This document shows, in pieces, positions 39,562 through 47,994 of a stretch of 64,000 nucleotides of DNA (its first letter is position 1; every line of letters begins with the position of its first letter). Under the pieces are notes generated by a model. The model did no database searches and was not told where the DNA came from. It worked only from the letters and a program-made list of their open reading frames with translations. This stretch comes from Candidatus Magasanikiibacteriota bacterium. GTDB taxonomy: Bacteria > Patescibacteriota > Patescibacteriia > Magasanikbacterales > GWA2-37-8. The stretch covers positions 320,875-384,874 of the forward strand of contig CAWJAS010000001.1 in the NCBI GenBank assembly GCA_963840935.1, given 5' to 3'. The position numbers were made by a program, and so were the translations under genes.

Positions 39562-39650
39562 CTAAACTGCTCTCGCTCAAGATGAAAATTATCCATCACG
39601 CGCGAGATGCGAGCAGTCTAGAAGAATGACTGGACGCAGAGCTCGGAAAA

Positions 39651-40061
39651 TCAGTAGTAGTACTGCTCTTTGTTTTGCGGTTCTCCAAAACCGTAAAGTG
39701 TGAGAAGACGTGAATTTTCCGGGTTGTGGCTAAGCGGGCTCAAAAGGTGCCAACTCATATCGAAATTAGAACCGCCTTCGATATGTTCCGGCAGGTGTTT
39801 TCCGTTCACACAGAAAATAAATTCTGCCGGAACACCGGGGAAAGACCCGGGAACGTGGAAAGCCAGGCCAAATCCGAAGCCAAAATCCATACTACAGGGT
39901 GCAACAATAAATTCGTGGGTTTCGGCGATTTCTTTTAGTCGCTTTGATTCATCCGGAGTGAGTTTTCGTTTTACCATGGCGTAATTCATGCGACTTCTGC
40001 TATCGGTGTGCAATTCCCAAATTTCTTCTTGGAGCCACGCGAGCCACTTAATATTGTCCAT
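39651..40061 (-). CDS. Hypothetical protein (GC-rich, tRNA-adjacent islet)
   Basis: Strong SD AGGAGGAAAA before the ATG (rc of 40062-40075). GC visibly higher than neighbours. No recognisable motifs. Confidence 0.5.
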   Translation of the reverse strand: MDNIKWLAWLQEEIWELHTDSRSRMNYAMVKRKLTPDESKRLKEIAETHEFIVAPCSMDFGFGFGLAFHVPGSFPGVPAEFIFCVNGKHLPEHIEGGSNFDMSWHLLSPLSHNPENSRLLTLYGFGEPQNKEQYYY

Positions 40062-40168
40062 TTTTCCTCCTTTTTAAAGTGCGATTTATTGATAAAATAC
40101 TTGTTTAAAGCAAATTTGTCAATTGTTTTAACTTGTATATTCGCTAATTTTATACTATAATTTATTCA

Positions 40169-40435
40169 TTGAATAACAGTAAAAAATGTATGGTTCGCAT
40201 TATTATCGGGATTTTGATGGTGGCAATAGGAACGCTTTTGATTTTTAAATCAGAATGGTTTTATCAGAATTTTGGTTCAATTGCTTGGGCGGAAAACAAT
40301 TTGGGCACTTCCGGCGGTAGCAGATTGATGTATAAATTAATCGGTCTTGTTTTTATTTTTGTTGGCATGATGGTGGCCACAAATTTATTCACGAGCTTTT
40401 TAATGGCAACCGTTGGTCGTTTATTAGTCAGATAA
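40169..40435 (+). CDS. Hypothetical small membrane protein (2 TM)
   Basis: Hydrophobic helices. TTGTAT-17-TATAAT-like promoter upstream. Confidence 0.35.
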   Translation: MNNSKKCMVRIIIGILMVAIGTLLIFKSEWFYQNFGSIAWAENNLGTSGGSRLMYKLIGLVFIFVGMMVATNLFTSFLMATVGRLLVR

Positions 40436-40439
40436 AAAT

Positions 40440-40985
40440 ATGACAGTCGGCACTGCTTTGGTAAATCCAGAAAAAATATACGAAAAAATCAATTTGTCGT
40501 CAGGTATGCGGGCGGCGGATTTTGGTTGCGGTCGCACCGGGCACGTGGTTTTTTCTCTTGTTCCCATTGTCGGGGAGCGCGGGGTTGTTTATGCTCTTGA
40601 TATTATGAAAGATGTTTTGGAGAGCATCAACAGTCAAGCAAAAGCCGGCGGTTATGACAATATTCATACCGTTTGGACGGACCTGGAAAAATACGGCGCC
40701 GCGCCAATCCCGGAAGAAAGTTTGGATGCCGGGTTTTTTATAAATGTGATGTTTATGATAAAAAATCGTCCCGAAGCAATTCGCGAAGCAGGGAGATTGC
40801 TAAAAAATGAAGGTTTTTTGGTTGTTGTCGACTGGCAAAAAAAGATCGGCCCGCTTGGACCGCCGGAAGAGAGGATGGTTAATCCGGATGAATTGACACA
40901 AATTGCCGGTAAAGAAAATTTTAAGCTGGTTGACAAAGTCCCGTTAAATGAATATCATTTCTGCTATATCTTTAAAAAAGAATAA
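40440..40985 (+). CDS. Class I SAM-dependent methyltransferase
   Basis: Motif I AADFGCGRTGHV. Confidence 0.6.
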   Translation: MTVGTALVNPEKIYEKINLSSGMRAADFGCGRTGHVVFSLVPIVGERGVVYALDIMKDVLESINSQAKAGGYDNIHTVWTDLEKYGAAPIPEESLDAGFFINVMFMIKNRPEAIREAGRLLKNEGFLVVVDWQKKIGPLGPPEERMVNPDELTQIAGKENFKLVDKVPLNEYHFCYIFKKE

Positions 40986-40987
40986 AT

Positions 40988-41389
40988 ATGAATATTGCTA
41001 ATATTTTTGACTGGTCATATTGGTTTTATCAGCCGTTTATCGCTCGCGGGAATACGGTTTGGATTTGGGTGTTTATTTTCTTGTTCGGAGTTTTGGTGGG
41101 TTTGATTCTCAAATTCATCAGCCAAAAAACCGCGACCAAATACAAAAAAAGAATAATTAACAGTTTTGCCAATGTGGGCTTGGCATCCGGGTTGCTCGGT
41201 TTACTTTGGCTTTTTTTCCGCCAAGAAAGAGTGCCTTTTTTGGCATGGCGTTTTTGGTTACTGGTTATTTTTGCCGGAGCATTATTTGTGGTAATAAAAA
41301 ATTTGAAATTTATTATCAAAAGATTGCCGGAAATAAGAGCTGAGCAAGCGGAAAAAGCGATCAAGGATAAATATTTGCCCAAAAAATAG
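40988..41389 (+). CDS. Hypothetical membrane protein
   Basis: Three or four predicted TM helices. Confidence 0.35.
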   Translation: MNIANIFDWSYWFYQPFIARGNTVWIWVFIFLFGVLVGLILKFISQKTATKYKKRIINSFANVGLASGLLGLLWLFFRQERVPFLAWRFWLLVIFAGALFVVIKNLKFIIKRLPEIRAEQAEKAIKDKYLPKK

Positions 41390-41391
41390 AA

Positions 41392-41757
41392 TTGAATATG
41401 GGGGGAAGGTATAGAAAGGATTTTGGCGATTGGGGCGAAAATATTGCGGTGGATTTTTTGCGTCGACGAGGGTTCAGTATTTTTGAAAGAAATTTTCAAA
41501 CAACTCAAGGCGAAATCGATATCGTTGCCAAATACGGCGACGATTTTTATTTTGTGGAAGTAAAAACACGTCGACAAAAATCATTGGCTAATGACTTGGC
41601 AATCGGCAGAATTAAAAAACAAAGATTTGAAAAAGCGGTGAAAAGCTATTGCTATAGGCGCGACATTAAAAATGTCGGGATTATTTTGGCCGGTATAATT
41701 ATTTTGGCTGATAAAATAAAAAAAACCGCAAATATTCGATTTGTGACAATGTCATAG
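41392..41757 (+). CDS. yraN: YraN-family (UPF0102) predicted endonuclease
   Basis: GEDIAVDFLRRRGFSIFERNFQTTQGEIDIVAKYGDDFYFVEVKTRR matches the UPF0102 signature. Confidence 0.7.
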   Translation: MNMGGRYRKDFGDWGENIAVDFLRRRGFSIFERNFQTTQGEIDIVAKYGDDFYFVEVKTRRQKSLANDLAIGRIKKQRFEKAVKSYCYRRDIKNVGIILAGIIILADKIKKTANIRFVTMS

Positions 41758-41836
41758 AATCAATTAAGGCGATTGACAACAGGTAATTATTTTGTTAATC
41801 TTTTGTTCATAAACCTAATTTATCTAAAATATTTAT

Positions 41837-42436
41837 ATGGCAAACAAAAACGAGCGATCATTTGTTATTATTAAGCCGGATGGAGTTCAGCGTTCCTTAA
41901 TCGGCGATATCATCCATCGCATTGAAAGAACGGGCTTGAAACTAATCGCCCTAAAGTTAATTGTTCCGACCGAGGACCAATGTTGGACACATTATAACAA
42001 GGATGACGCTTGGTTTGAAAACAAAGGCGCAAAAATGGTTGAAAGCAGAAAAATTGCCGGACTTTCCACTGACAAACCGGCTATTGAATATGGCAAAGAT
42101 ATTGTTCGAGCTTTGGTAAAATTTATGACTTCAGGTCCGGTCGTTGCCATGATTTGGCAGGGGAATGAGGCGGCGGGAATTGTAAAAAAAGTTGTTGGCG
42201 GAACCGAACCGCTTACTTCTGATGTGGGCACTATTCGCGGTGATTTTACTCTTGACTCATATGATTTGGCCGGTGCAAACGAAAGAGCGGTCAGAAATTT
42301 GATTCATTGCTCCGATAAACCCGAAGAAGCGGAAAGAGAAATCGCTATTTGGTTCAGAAATGAAGAAATTATCAAATACAGATTAGTGGCTGAAGAAATT
42401 CTTTATGATGTGAATTTGGATGGAATATTGGAATAA
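41837..42436 (+). CDS. ndk: Nucleoside diphosphate kinase carrying a ~50-aa internal insertion
   Basis: ERSFVIIKPDGVQR, NLIHCSDKPEEAEREIAIWF (active-site His). 199 aa versus the usual ~140-150. Confidence 0.8.
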   Translation: MANKNERSFVIIKPDGVQRSLIGDIIHRIERTGLKLIALKLIVPTEDQCWTHYNKDDAWFENKGAKMVESRKIAGLSTDKPAIEYGKDIVRALVKFMTSGPVVAMIWQGNEAAGIVKKVVGGTEPLTSDVGTIRGDFTLDSYDLAGANERAVRNLIHCSDKPEEAEREIAIWFRNEEIIKYRLVAEEILYDVNLDGILE

Positions 42437-42454
42437 ATTTACTGTTTTCAGATA

Positions 42455-42655
42455 TTTGCCGTATCCCAAAAATCTGGTATAATAAAGATGTTTCTGAAAG
42501 AGGCAAAAACTGTTCTACAACAACATGTAATGGTTAGCCAATATTTGATAAGCCCTTGGGCTTTTCGTGAGGCCTACCACCTTTCATCAGGGACATGTTA
42601 TAGCCCCTTTTAGAAACACTAAAAAAACTCAGCCCAAAGGCTGAGTTTTTTTATT
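42455..42655 (+). ncRNA. Candidate small transcript (sRNA or leaderless 43-aa ORF) with its own promoter and terminator
   Basis: TTTGCC-17-TATAAT (42455-42483). ATG at 42488 opens a 43-codon ORF with no SD. Terminator CTCAGCC-caaa-GGCTGAG plus T7 (42629-42655). Unassigned to any known RNA family. Confidence 0.35.
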
Positions 42656-42661
42656 AATTTT

Positions 42662-43030
42662 TTATGAAGTAAGGCCGATAAAATAATCCATTATTTCATC
42701 TTCGCCCATATAGCAGTTTCCACTTTCATACAAAAGCGGAACGCCAATCGTACCCAAATCAAGTTCGCAATTTGTGGAATACAACATTAATTCATTAATA
42801 TTTTCTACGCTTTCTCCGGTATCTTTTATTTCTATGCTATATTTGTCTATAAGATTGTTATCCGATATATATTTTTTAATAATTTCGCAGTGCGGACAAT
42901 TTTCTGTAACATAAAGCGACAGGTTGCCGGCCGGCTGATTTTTGCCTCGGACAACCGAATATGTTAAAGCGCCGGCAATAAACAAAACCAAAATTGCGAG
43001 TGATATATTAGATAATATTGTTTTATTCAT
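42662..43030 (-). CDS. Membrane-anchored thioredoxin/glutaredoxin-like protein (CPHC motif)
   Basis: N-terminal TM helix. CPHC redox motif in a thioredoxin-fold context. Confidence 0.55.
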   Translation of the reverse strand: MNKTILSNISLAILVLFIAGALTYSVVRGKNQPAGNLSLYVTENCPHCEIIKKYISDNNLIDKYSIEIKDTGESVENINELMLYSTNCELDLGTIGVPLLYESGNCYMGEDEIMDYFIGLTS

Positions 43031-43050
43031 AATGTTATCAGATAATCAAA

Positions 43051-43076
43051 ACCCCGAATAAATCGGGGTTTTTTTT
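43051..43076 (-). terminator. Rho-independent terminator of rpmB
   Basis: CCCCGAATAAATCGGGG hairpin directly after the rpmB stop. T8 on the + side also gives bidirectional potential. Confidence 0.6.
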
Positions 43077-43254
43077 ATGCGGACAATTTTTTGCGCAGAG
43101 TTCTTCGGCAGGTGGAGCATGCGCGGGTTTTAACCCCGGAAAGATCCAATATTTGTAGGTTCGGTTTTTGCCTTCTGGGCACTTTTATATTGGAATGGCT
43201 CACATGATTGGCTCTGACGGCAGATTTTCCGCAAAGTTCACAAGTTCTGCTCAT
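43075..43254 (-). CDS. rpmB: 50S ribosomal protein L28 (59 aa, below the ORF-track cutoff)
   Basis: Manual translation: MSRTCELCGKSAVRANHVSHSNIKVPRRQKPNLQILDLSGVKTRACSTCRRTLRKKLSA. The L28 pattern C..CGK…N.VSHSN.K..R…PNLQ is present. Consensus TTGACA-17-TATAAT promoter on the - strand at 43283-43311. Confidence 0.75.
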   Translation of the reverse strand: MSRTCELCGKSAVRANHVSHSNIKVPRRQKPNLQILDLSGVKTRACSTCRRTLRKKLSA

Positions 43255-43282
43255 ATGATTGATTTTTTATCAATAATAATTT

Positions 43283-43311
43283 ACAATACACGCATTATAT
43301 CTGATTTATCT
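43283..43311 (-). promoter_or_regulatory. Consensus sigma70 promoter for rpmB
   Basis: rc reads TTGACAttaagagataaatcagaTATAAT. Confidence 0.6.
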
Positions 43312-43326
43312 CTTAATGTCAAGACC

Positions 43327-43932
43327 ATGAATCCGTTACAATTATTGTTTTATTTTTTCGTTATTATCCCTTCGGCCATTATTCATGAATACGCTCATGG
43401 CTGGATGGCCGACCGTTTGGGCGACCCGACCGCCAAATACGCCGGTCGCTTGTCTCTTAATCCAATGGTTCATATTGATTGGTGGGGGACGATATTAATG
43501 CCGTTGACTTTGTTTGTTCTTTCTAACGGCAGTTTTTTGTTTGCTTATGCCAAACCCGTGCCATATAATCCATATAATTTAAAAAATAAAAAATGGGGGC
43601 CGGCCATGGTGGGACTTGCCGGGCCGATGGCTAATTTTTTGTTGGCATTCGGGTTTGCCATGCTTATTCGTATTTTACCGGTATCCAATCTGACTAATTT
43701 CTTTTTTATAATTGTGTACGCTAATGTTCTGCTTTTGGTGTTTAATCTTGTGCCGATTCCACCACTCGACGGTTCAAAAATTCTCTACGCCATTTTGCCG
43801 GATTCAATGAACAACGTAAAAATATTTTTGGAGCGCTACAGCTTTTTTATTTTAATGATTTTTATTTTCTTTTTATTCAGTTGGATTGTACCAGTGATTT
43901 GGGCGATTGTGAGATTATTGGTTGGAGGGTAA
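43327..43932 (+). CDS. M50-family (site-2 protease-like) membrane metalloprotease
   Basis: HEYAHGW (HExxH) and NLVPIPPLDGSKIL (LDG motif). Start set at the Met at 43327, because the upstream part of the track ORF overlaps rpmB on the opposite strand. Confidence 0.65.
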   Translation: MNPLQLLFYFFVIIPSAIIHEYAHGWMADRLGDPTAKYAGRLSLNPMVHIDWWGTILMPLTLFVLSNGSFLFAYAKPVPYNPYNLKNKKWGPAMVGLAGPMANFLLAFGFAMLIRILPVSNLTNFFFIIVYANVLLLVFNLVPIPPLDGSKILYAILPDSMNNVKIFLERYSFFILMIFIFFLFSWIVPVIWAIVRLLVGG

Positions 43933-43943
43933 TTAATTACTAA

Positions 43944-44005
43944 TTAAAACCCGTCGCTCACGAGCGACAGGTTAAAACCCGTCGTTCACGAGCGACAGGT
44001 TAAAA
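43944..44005 (+). repeat. Tandem direct repeat, 2.2 copies of 28 nt, each with an internal hairpin
   Basis: TTAAAACCCGTCGCTCACGAGCGACAGG repeated (one C/T difference). Hairpin GTCGCT-cacg-AGCGAC. Confidence 0.6.
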
Positions 44006-44017
44006 ATTTTTATCACT

Positions 44018-44365
44018 ATGAAACTACTTCTTCGCTGGCTTTTGAGCGCCGCGGCGCTAATGCTTATTGCCATGTATGTGCCGGGAATAAAAATTGCTGG
44101 TTTTTACTCGGCTCTCATCGCCGCATTGATTTTTGGACTGATTAATGCCTTAATTCGTCCTTTGGCTTTGCTTTTAACATTGCCCATCAATTTAATCACC
44201 CTTGGACTTTTTACTTTGGTGATTAACGCGGGAATGTTTTGGTTCGCCTCAACCATTGTAAAAGGTTTTTCTGTTGCCGGTTTTTGGCCGGCGTTTTGGG
44301 GCGCACTCATTATGTGGCTTGTATCATGGCTAACGAATATGCTTTTGAAAAATAAGGCGTACTAA
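44018..44365 (+). CDS. DUF360/'phage holin 4_2' family membrane protein
   Basis: 115 aa, 3-4 TM, conserved G-rich helices (GFSVAGFWPAFWGALIMWLVSWLTN), typical of the family. Confidence 0.6.
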   Translation: MKLLLRWLLSAAALMLIAMYVPGIKIAGFYSALIAALIFGLINALIRPLALLLTLPINLITLGLFTLVINAGMFWFASTIVKGFSVAGFWPAFWGALIMWLVSWLTNMLLKNKAY

Positions 44366-44380
44366 AAAATTAATTTGCAT

Positions 44381-44533
44381 ATGAAAAGAAATGAGGCGCG
44401 AAGACTTAAAAAACAATTTGACAATAAGATAAAAAAATTGCGTCTTGAACAGATTACTGTGGCGAAAAAATATCATGATAAAAAAAGTACAGATGAAGCA
44501 GATTGCTTGCGTAAAAAAATCTTGTCTATGTAG
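44381..44533 (+). CDS. Small basic protein (50 aa), hypothetical
   Basis: Manual ORF MKRNEARRLKKQFDNKIKKLRLEQITVAKKYHDKKSTDEADCLRKKILSM. Ends 3 nt before the next gene. Confidence 0.3.
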   Translation: MKRNEARRLKKQFDNKIKKLRLEQITVAKKYHDKKSTDEADCLRKKILSM

Positions 44534-44536
44534 TAT

Positions 44537-46057
44537 ATGTACGATGAGAAAAAACCGACAACTGAAAACGGCGTGGATGAGTTTTCTAAAAAACATGAAT
44601 TAACCGCCGAAGAAATTGAAGCAGTAGAAAGCGCGGAGTTGCCCCCTGAAGAGGCTTCTTTATTTGTTGAACAAGCAACCGAAGAAGTTAACTCATTAAA
44701 TTTAGCTGGTCTTGAGATGCAGAAACAAGTGGGCAATGATAAAGAGGCTGTTGCTTCGCTAGTGGACATTACTAAACAAGCGGAGAGTGCGCTTGACAAC
44801 CTGAAAAATCAGCTTATAGCTGAGCAAGAGGATACGTTGTTAGTCGAAGCTGGGCAGGAGCAAAAAGATACTTCGCAAGAAAAAGAGGGTTTTGAAAAAG
44901 GGGTTCAGTTTTTGAAAGAATTGCTCGTAAAGTATGCGAATTTTTTCGAAGCCGAACAAAATCCGCCGTTTACTGAAGAAGAACAGGCACAAATAGAAAA
45001 TTGTGTTGAGAATATACAATTATACGCTGAGAAATTCCCAGCAGAATCTCTGCGATATGTTGCGTCTGACAAAGAATCTCCAGATCTTATTGATCATGAA
45101 GTAATAGTTCCCAAGGTTTACAAAGCTGTAGAAAAAATCGATCCGGAGAATTGCTTATCTGCGTTCGAAGAATTACTCCGCAAGAATACGTCTTGGAAAG
45201 AAACTGCTATTAAAGAATCAACCGAGCTTTATGCAAAAGACGCTATAAGATCTTATGATGGTAGTAAAATTGAACTTGCAAAGGCGATGCTTGAACAGGA
45301 TGATATTGAAGGGGCTTTGCGTAATATTTTGAGCCTTAAAGATGCACAAGATTATCTTGGTCGAGAAACGGTTGAATCACTTGGGTCTGCGATTTCTGAA
45401 AAAATTAAAAAGAAGATTGAAGGAATGGATTTAAATCAGGCAATAGATTATTGGAAGTCTATGCCCGAAATGTTTAGAGTAAGTGGAGTTTATGGGGATC
45501 ACCTTAAAGGTGATGGTTGTAGACAAATTATTTATGAGAAAGCACTGGGTAATTTTAAATTTGGTCCAGAATTGGAGGGAATTAAAGAGGATGATTATGA
45601 GGGGATGAAACGATTTCATTCAGAACAAAGAAAGTTTTTATTGCAGGTTCTAAAAGATGTTCCGGATGTAATGATTGATCCTGCATTTAGTAAGAGAGTG
45701 CATCATTATTCTCGGTCATGGGAGCCGATAGAACAATTACGTGTCGTAAGTTTAGTTATTGATAAGGGTGAGCAGTTGGACCGTATATTTAATGACGTTC
45801 AGCTTAGTCATTTGCCTGAGGAAGCAAAAGATCTAACCGATAAAGCCAAGAATATTATTGCGAGGCACATTATAAAGAAACAACCATATTTATTGCCAGA
45901 GGCTGTTTCTTTGTTTGGCGCCAAGGAATTTTTGGAAATTTTTTCCAAAAGTAGTAAAGATAGTATTGATGCGGAACATAAAATAGGTTTGTTAAAAGGT
46001 GCGGATCTCCGAATATATAAAATAATACTCTCTCCCGATTTCATATGCGATTCTTGA
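44537..46057 (+). CDS. Hypothetical acidic alpha-helical protein (506 aa)
   Basis: No signal peptide, TM or catalytic motifs recognised. Tightly linked to flanking genes. Confidence 0.5.
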   Translation: MYDEKKPTTENGVDEFSKKHELTAEEIEAVESAELPPEEASLFVEQATEEVNSLNLAGLEMQKQVGNDKEAVASLVDITKQAESALDNLKNQLIAEQEDTLLVEAGQEQKDTSQEKEGFEKGVQFLKELLVKYANFFEAEQNPPFTEEEQAQIENCVENIQLYAEKFPAESLRYVASDKESPDLIDHEVIVPKVYKAVEKIDPENCLSAFEELLRKNTSWKETAIKESTELYAKDAIRSYDGSKIELAKAMLEQDDIEGALRNILSLKDAQDYLGRETVESLGSAISEKIKKKIEGMDLNQAIDYWKSMPEMFRVSGVYGDHLKGDGCRQIIYEKALGNFKFGPELEGIKEDDYEGMKRFHSEQRKFLLQVLKDVPDVMIDPAFSKRVHHYSRSWEPIEQLRVVSLVIDKGEQLDRIFNDVQLSHLPEEAKDLTDKAKNIIARHIIKKQPYLLPEAVSLFGAKEFLEIFSKSSKDSIDAEHKIGLLKGADLRIYKIILSPDFICDS

Positions 46058-46130
46058 AAAAAGTGTTAGCCGTTTTCAAGAGCCGCTTACCGGAAGTGGA
46101 AAAGATAAGATTTGGCCACTTATTCTCACG

Positions 46131-47702
46131 TTGGCAGAAAAAAACGATAATTTTTGCATTTCTGATTCAGATATGGAAATTTTTGCATCTTATCTTGATA
46201 AGTTCGGCGTACAACCGACGGAAAAATTGTTTGAATATTTTTTAAACATAAAAAAAGTTGAGCGTAAGGAAATGGAAGAATTACCGAAGGAGCAACTGGA
46301 CAATGGTCTTGATAGCGTGGAAAAAATAAGTGAGCGCCTGCAAACAATGAAGGAGAAGATTATTGCCGGGGAAATTCCTTTGCCCGCTGAAATGAGTGCA
46401 CTTGATTATGATATATTGGCGGTTGAATTAACATTCCACACAAGTCATTTTGCTCGTTCGCATAAGAATTTATCTGAAATGCACTCAAATTTTCAAGCAG
46501 GTGCTGATTCCGGCAAAATAAAACCTTTACCTGCAGAATATGCGCCTATAGTGCTTAGTGTTGAACGTGTAAAGGTGTCAGAAACTAGCTTAGATAGTTG
46601 TGGTGATGAATATAAGCGTTACCGCACTGACATTCTCGCCGCTGAAAAAATGCTTAAGCCCGAAGGATTTGAAGAAAGTAAAAAAGAGATAATGGGAAAA
46701 ATTGAGTCAGAAATTAGTGCGCTTGGCGTTGAGACTGGCGAAGGAGTGAGCGAAGCGCGTCTCGTAGCGCAAAAAAAGAGAATAGAAGTTTTTAACAGTG
46801 CAGTAAAGGAAATAGTTGCTACTGGTAATATTGATACCTTTCTTAAGGCCGTATTAAAATTAGAAAATAATCTTGGAATTAAAAAAGAAACTTCTTATAC
46901 CACGCCATATTTAAGGCGGATGCTTTTTGCAAAGACAATGACCGAATTTTCCGGCTATGCCAACTTAAATGAGGCGCTTGCCCAAAATGAATCTCCCACC
47001 TTGGATGGAGTGCGTTTTATCCGCGATATTATGTCCAACGCCTTAAAAGAACACGTTTTGAACGACGCGGAGTCAGGCGAATATTTCAGTAAAGAAAATG
47101 CTCTGACACCAAAGGAATTGTCAAAGCTGAGAAAAATATTTCCTTCAGAAAATATCCAGAAAGCACTTAGCAAAATCGAAGGCGATATTGAGGGAAGTAA
47201 GGAAAAATTAGAGATGATCCCGGATAGGAGTTTTACCGGAGAGTTGGCCGGATATTATAGCGATGCATGCTATACAAGGATTGACGACATGCTTCAGAAG
47301 TGGCCTGATATCATTCCATGTAAATTTGTCCGTTCTCGCGACGATGCAACTGGTAAGGAATTAATTGGTGCAGTAATATTAATTGAGAGCGTTAGCGCTG
47401 ACAATAAACCAGTCTTGATTGTAAGAGCTAATAATCCTCGTGATAAATTTTTAGATACGATGCAGGCAGAAAGTTTTTGTGGCGAGGTGGTGAGAGCGGC
47501 AACTGAATATGCAAGCAAACGTGGCTTGGAACAGGTGCTTATTTCCACCGCAGCCGGCACGGATAGCAACCGTGACAAAATAAAAAATTATGTCGCAGGA
47601 CAGGTGAAAGAAGATGCCACGACTGTAAAACTCCGTGACTCATTGCCATTTAACGGATATGAGATACAAGACAGCTGTATTCTAGCCGCTGAAATAAAAT
47701 GA
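46131..47702 (+). CDS. Hypothetical protein (523 aa)
   Basis: Track start is a TTG codon. An alternative ATG lies at 46173. No recognisable motifs. Confidence 0.5.
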   Translation: MAEKNDNFCISDSDMEIFASYLDKFGVQPTEKLFEYFLNIKKVERKEMEELPKEQLDNGLDSVEKISERLQTMKEKIIAGEIPLPAEMSALDYDILAVELTFHTSHFARSHKNLSEMHSNFQAGADSGKIKPLPAEYAPIVLSVERVKVSETSLDSCGDEYKRYRTDILAAEKMLKPEGFEESKKEIMGKIESEISALGVETGEGVSEARLVAQKKRIEVFNSAVKEIVATGNIDTFLKAVLKLENNLGIKKETSYTTPYLRRMLFAKTMTEFSGYANLNEALAQNESPTLDGVRFIRDIMSNALKEHVLNDAESGEYFSKENALTPKELSKLRKIFPSENIQKALSKIEGDIEGSKEKLEMIPDRSFTGELAGYYSDACYTRIDDMLQKWPDIIPCKFVRSRDDATGKELIGAVILIESVSADNKPVLIVRANNPRDKFLDTMQAESFCGEVVRAATEYASKRGLEQVLISTAAGTDSNRDKIKNYVAGQVKEDATTVKLRDSLPFNGYEIQDSCILAAEIK

Positions 47703-47703
47703 T

Positions 47704-47856
47704 ATGAAAAATTACTCTTCAAACCGTGCGCAGAAAGGCAAAACGGCGTATAGAACGCCGAGTTTGTATAAGGCGAATAAAAGCGTTTTTTATGCCGATG
47801 CAAAGAGCAGAGTTAACGATGAAAAATGGAGAAAGAAAAATTTGAGAGAAACATAA
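47704..47856 (+). CDS. Small basic protein (50 aa), hypothetical
   Basis: Manual ORF MKNYSSNRAQKGKTAYRTPSLYKANKSVFYADAKSRVNDEKWRKKNLRET. Starts 1 nt after the previous stop. Confidence 0.25.
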   Translation: MKNYSSNRAQKGKTAYRTPSLYKANKSVFYADAKSRVNDEKWRKKNLRET

Positions 47857-47994
47857 TGTCTAATATCCAATTTCCAATGTCAAATGAATGTTAAAATCCA
47901 AATGACAAAATATGACAGATTTAAAATTTGAGTTTTAGATTTGATTGGAAATTCGATATTTTTAATTTGAAATTCAAGGTAAATATAATTAATT

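Noticed and set aside
43168-43326. N-terminal 53 codons of the track's M50 protease ORF
   Set aside because: This stretch overlaps rpmB and its promoter on the opposite strand. The conserved protease begins at the Met at 43327.
43944-44005. Possible CRISPR array
   Set aside because: There are only ~2 copies of a 28-nt unit, with no spacers and no cas genes nearby.
46045-46245. 66-aa ORF overlapping the start of the 523-aa gene
   Set aside because: It is out of frame with both large genes, shows no SD, and is likely spurious.
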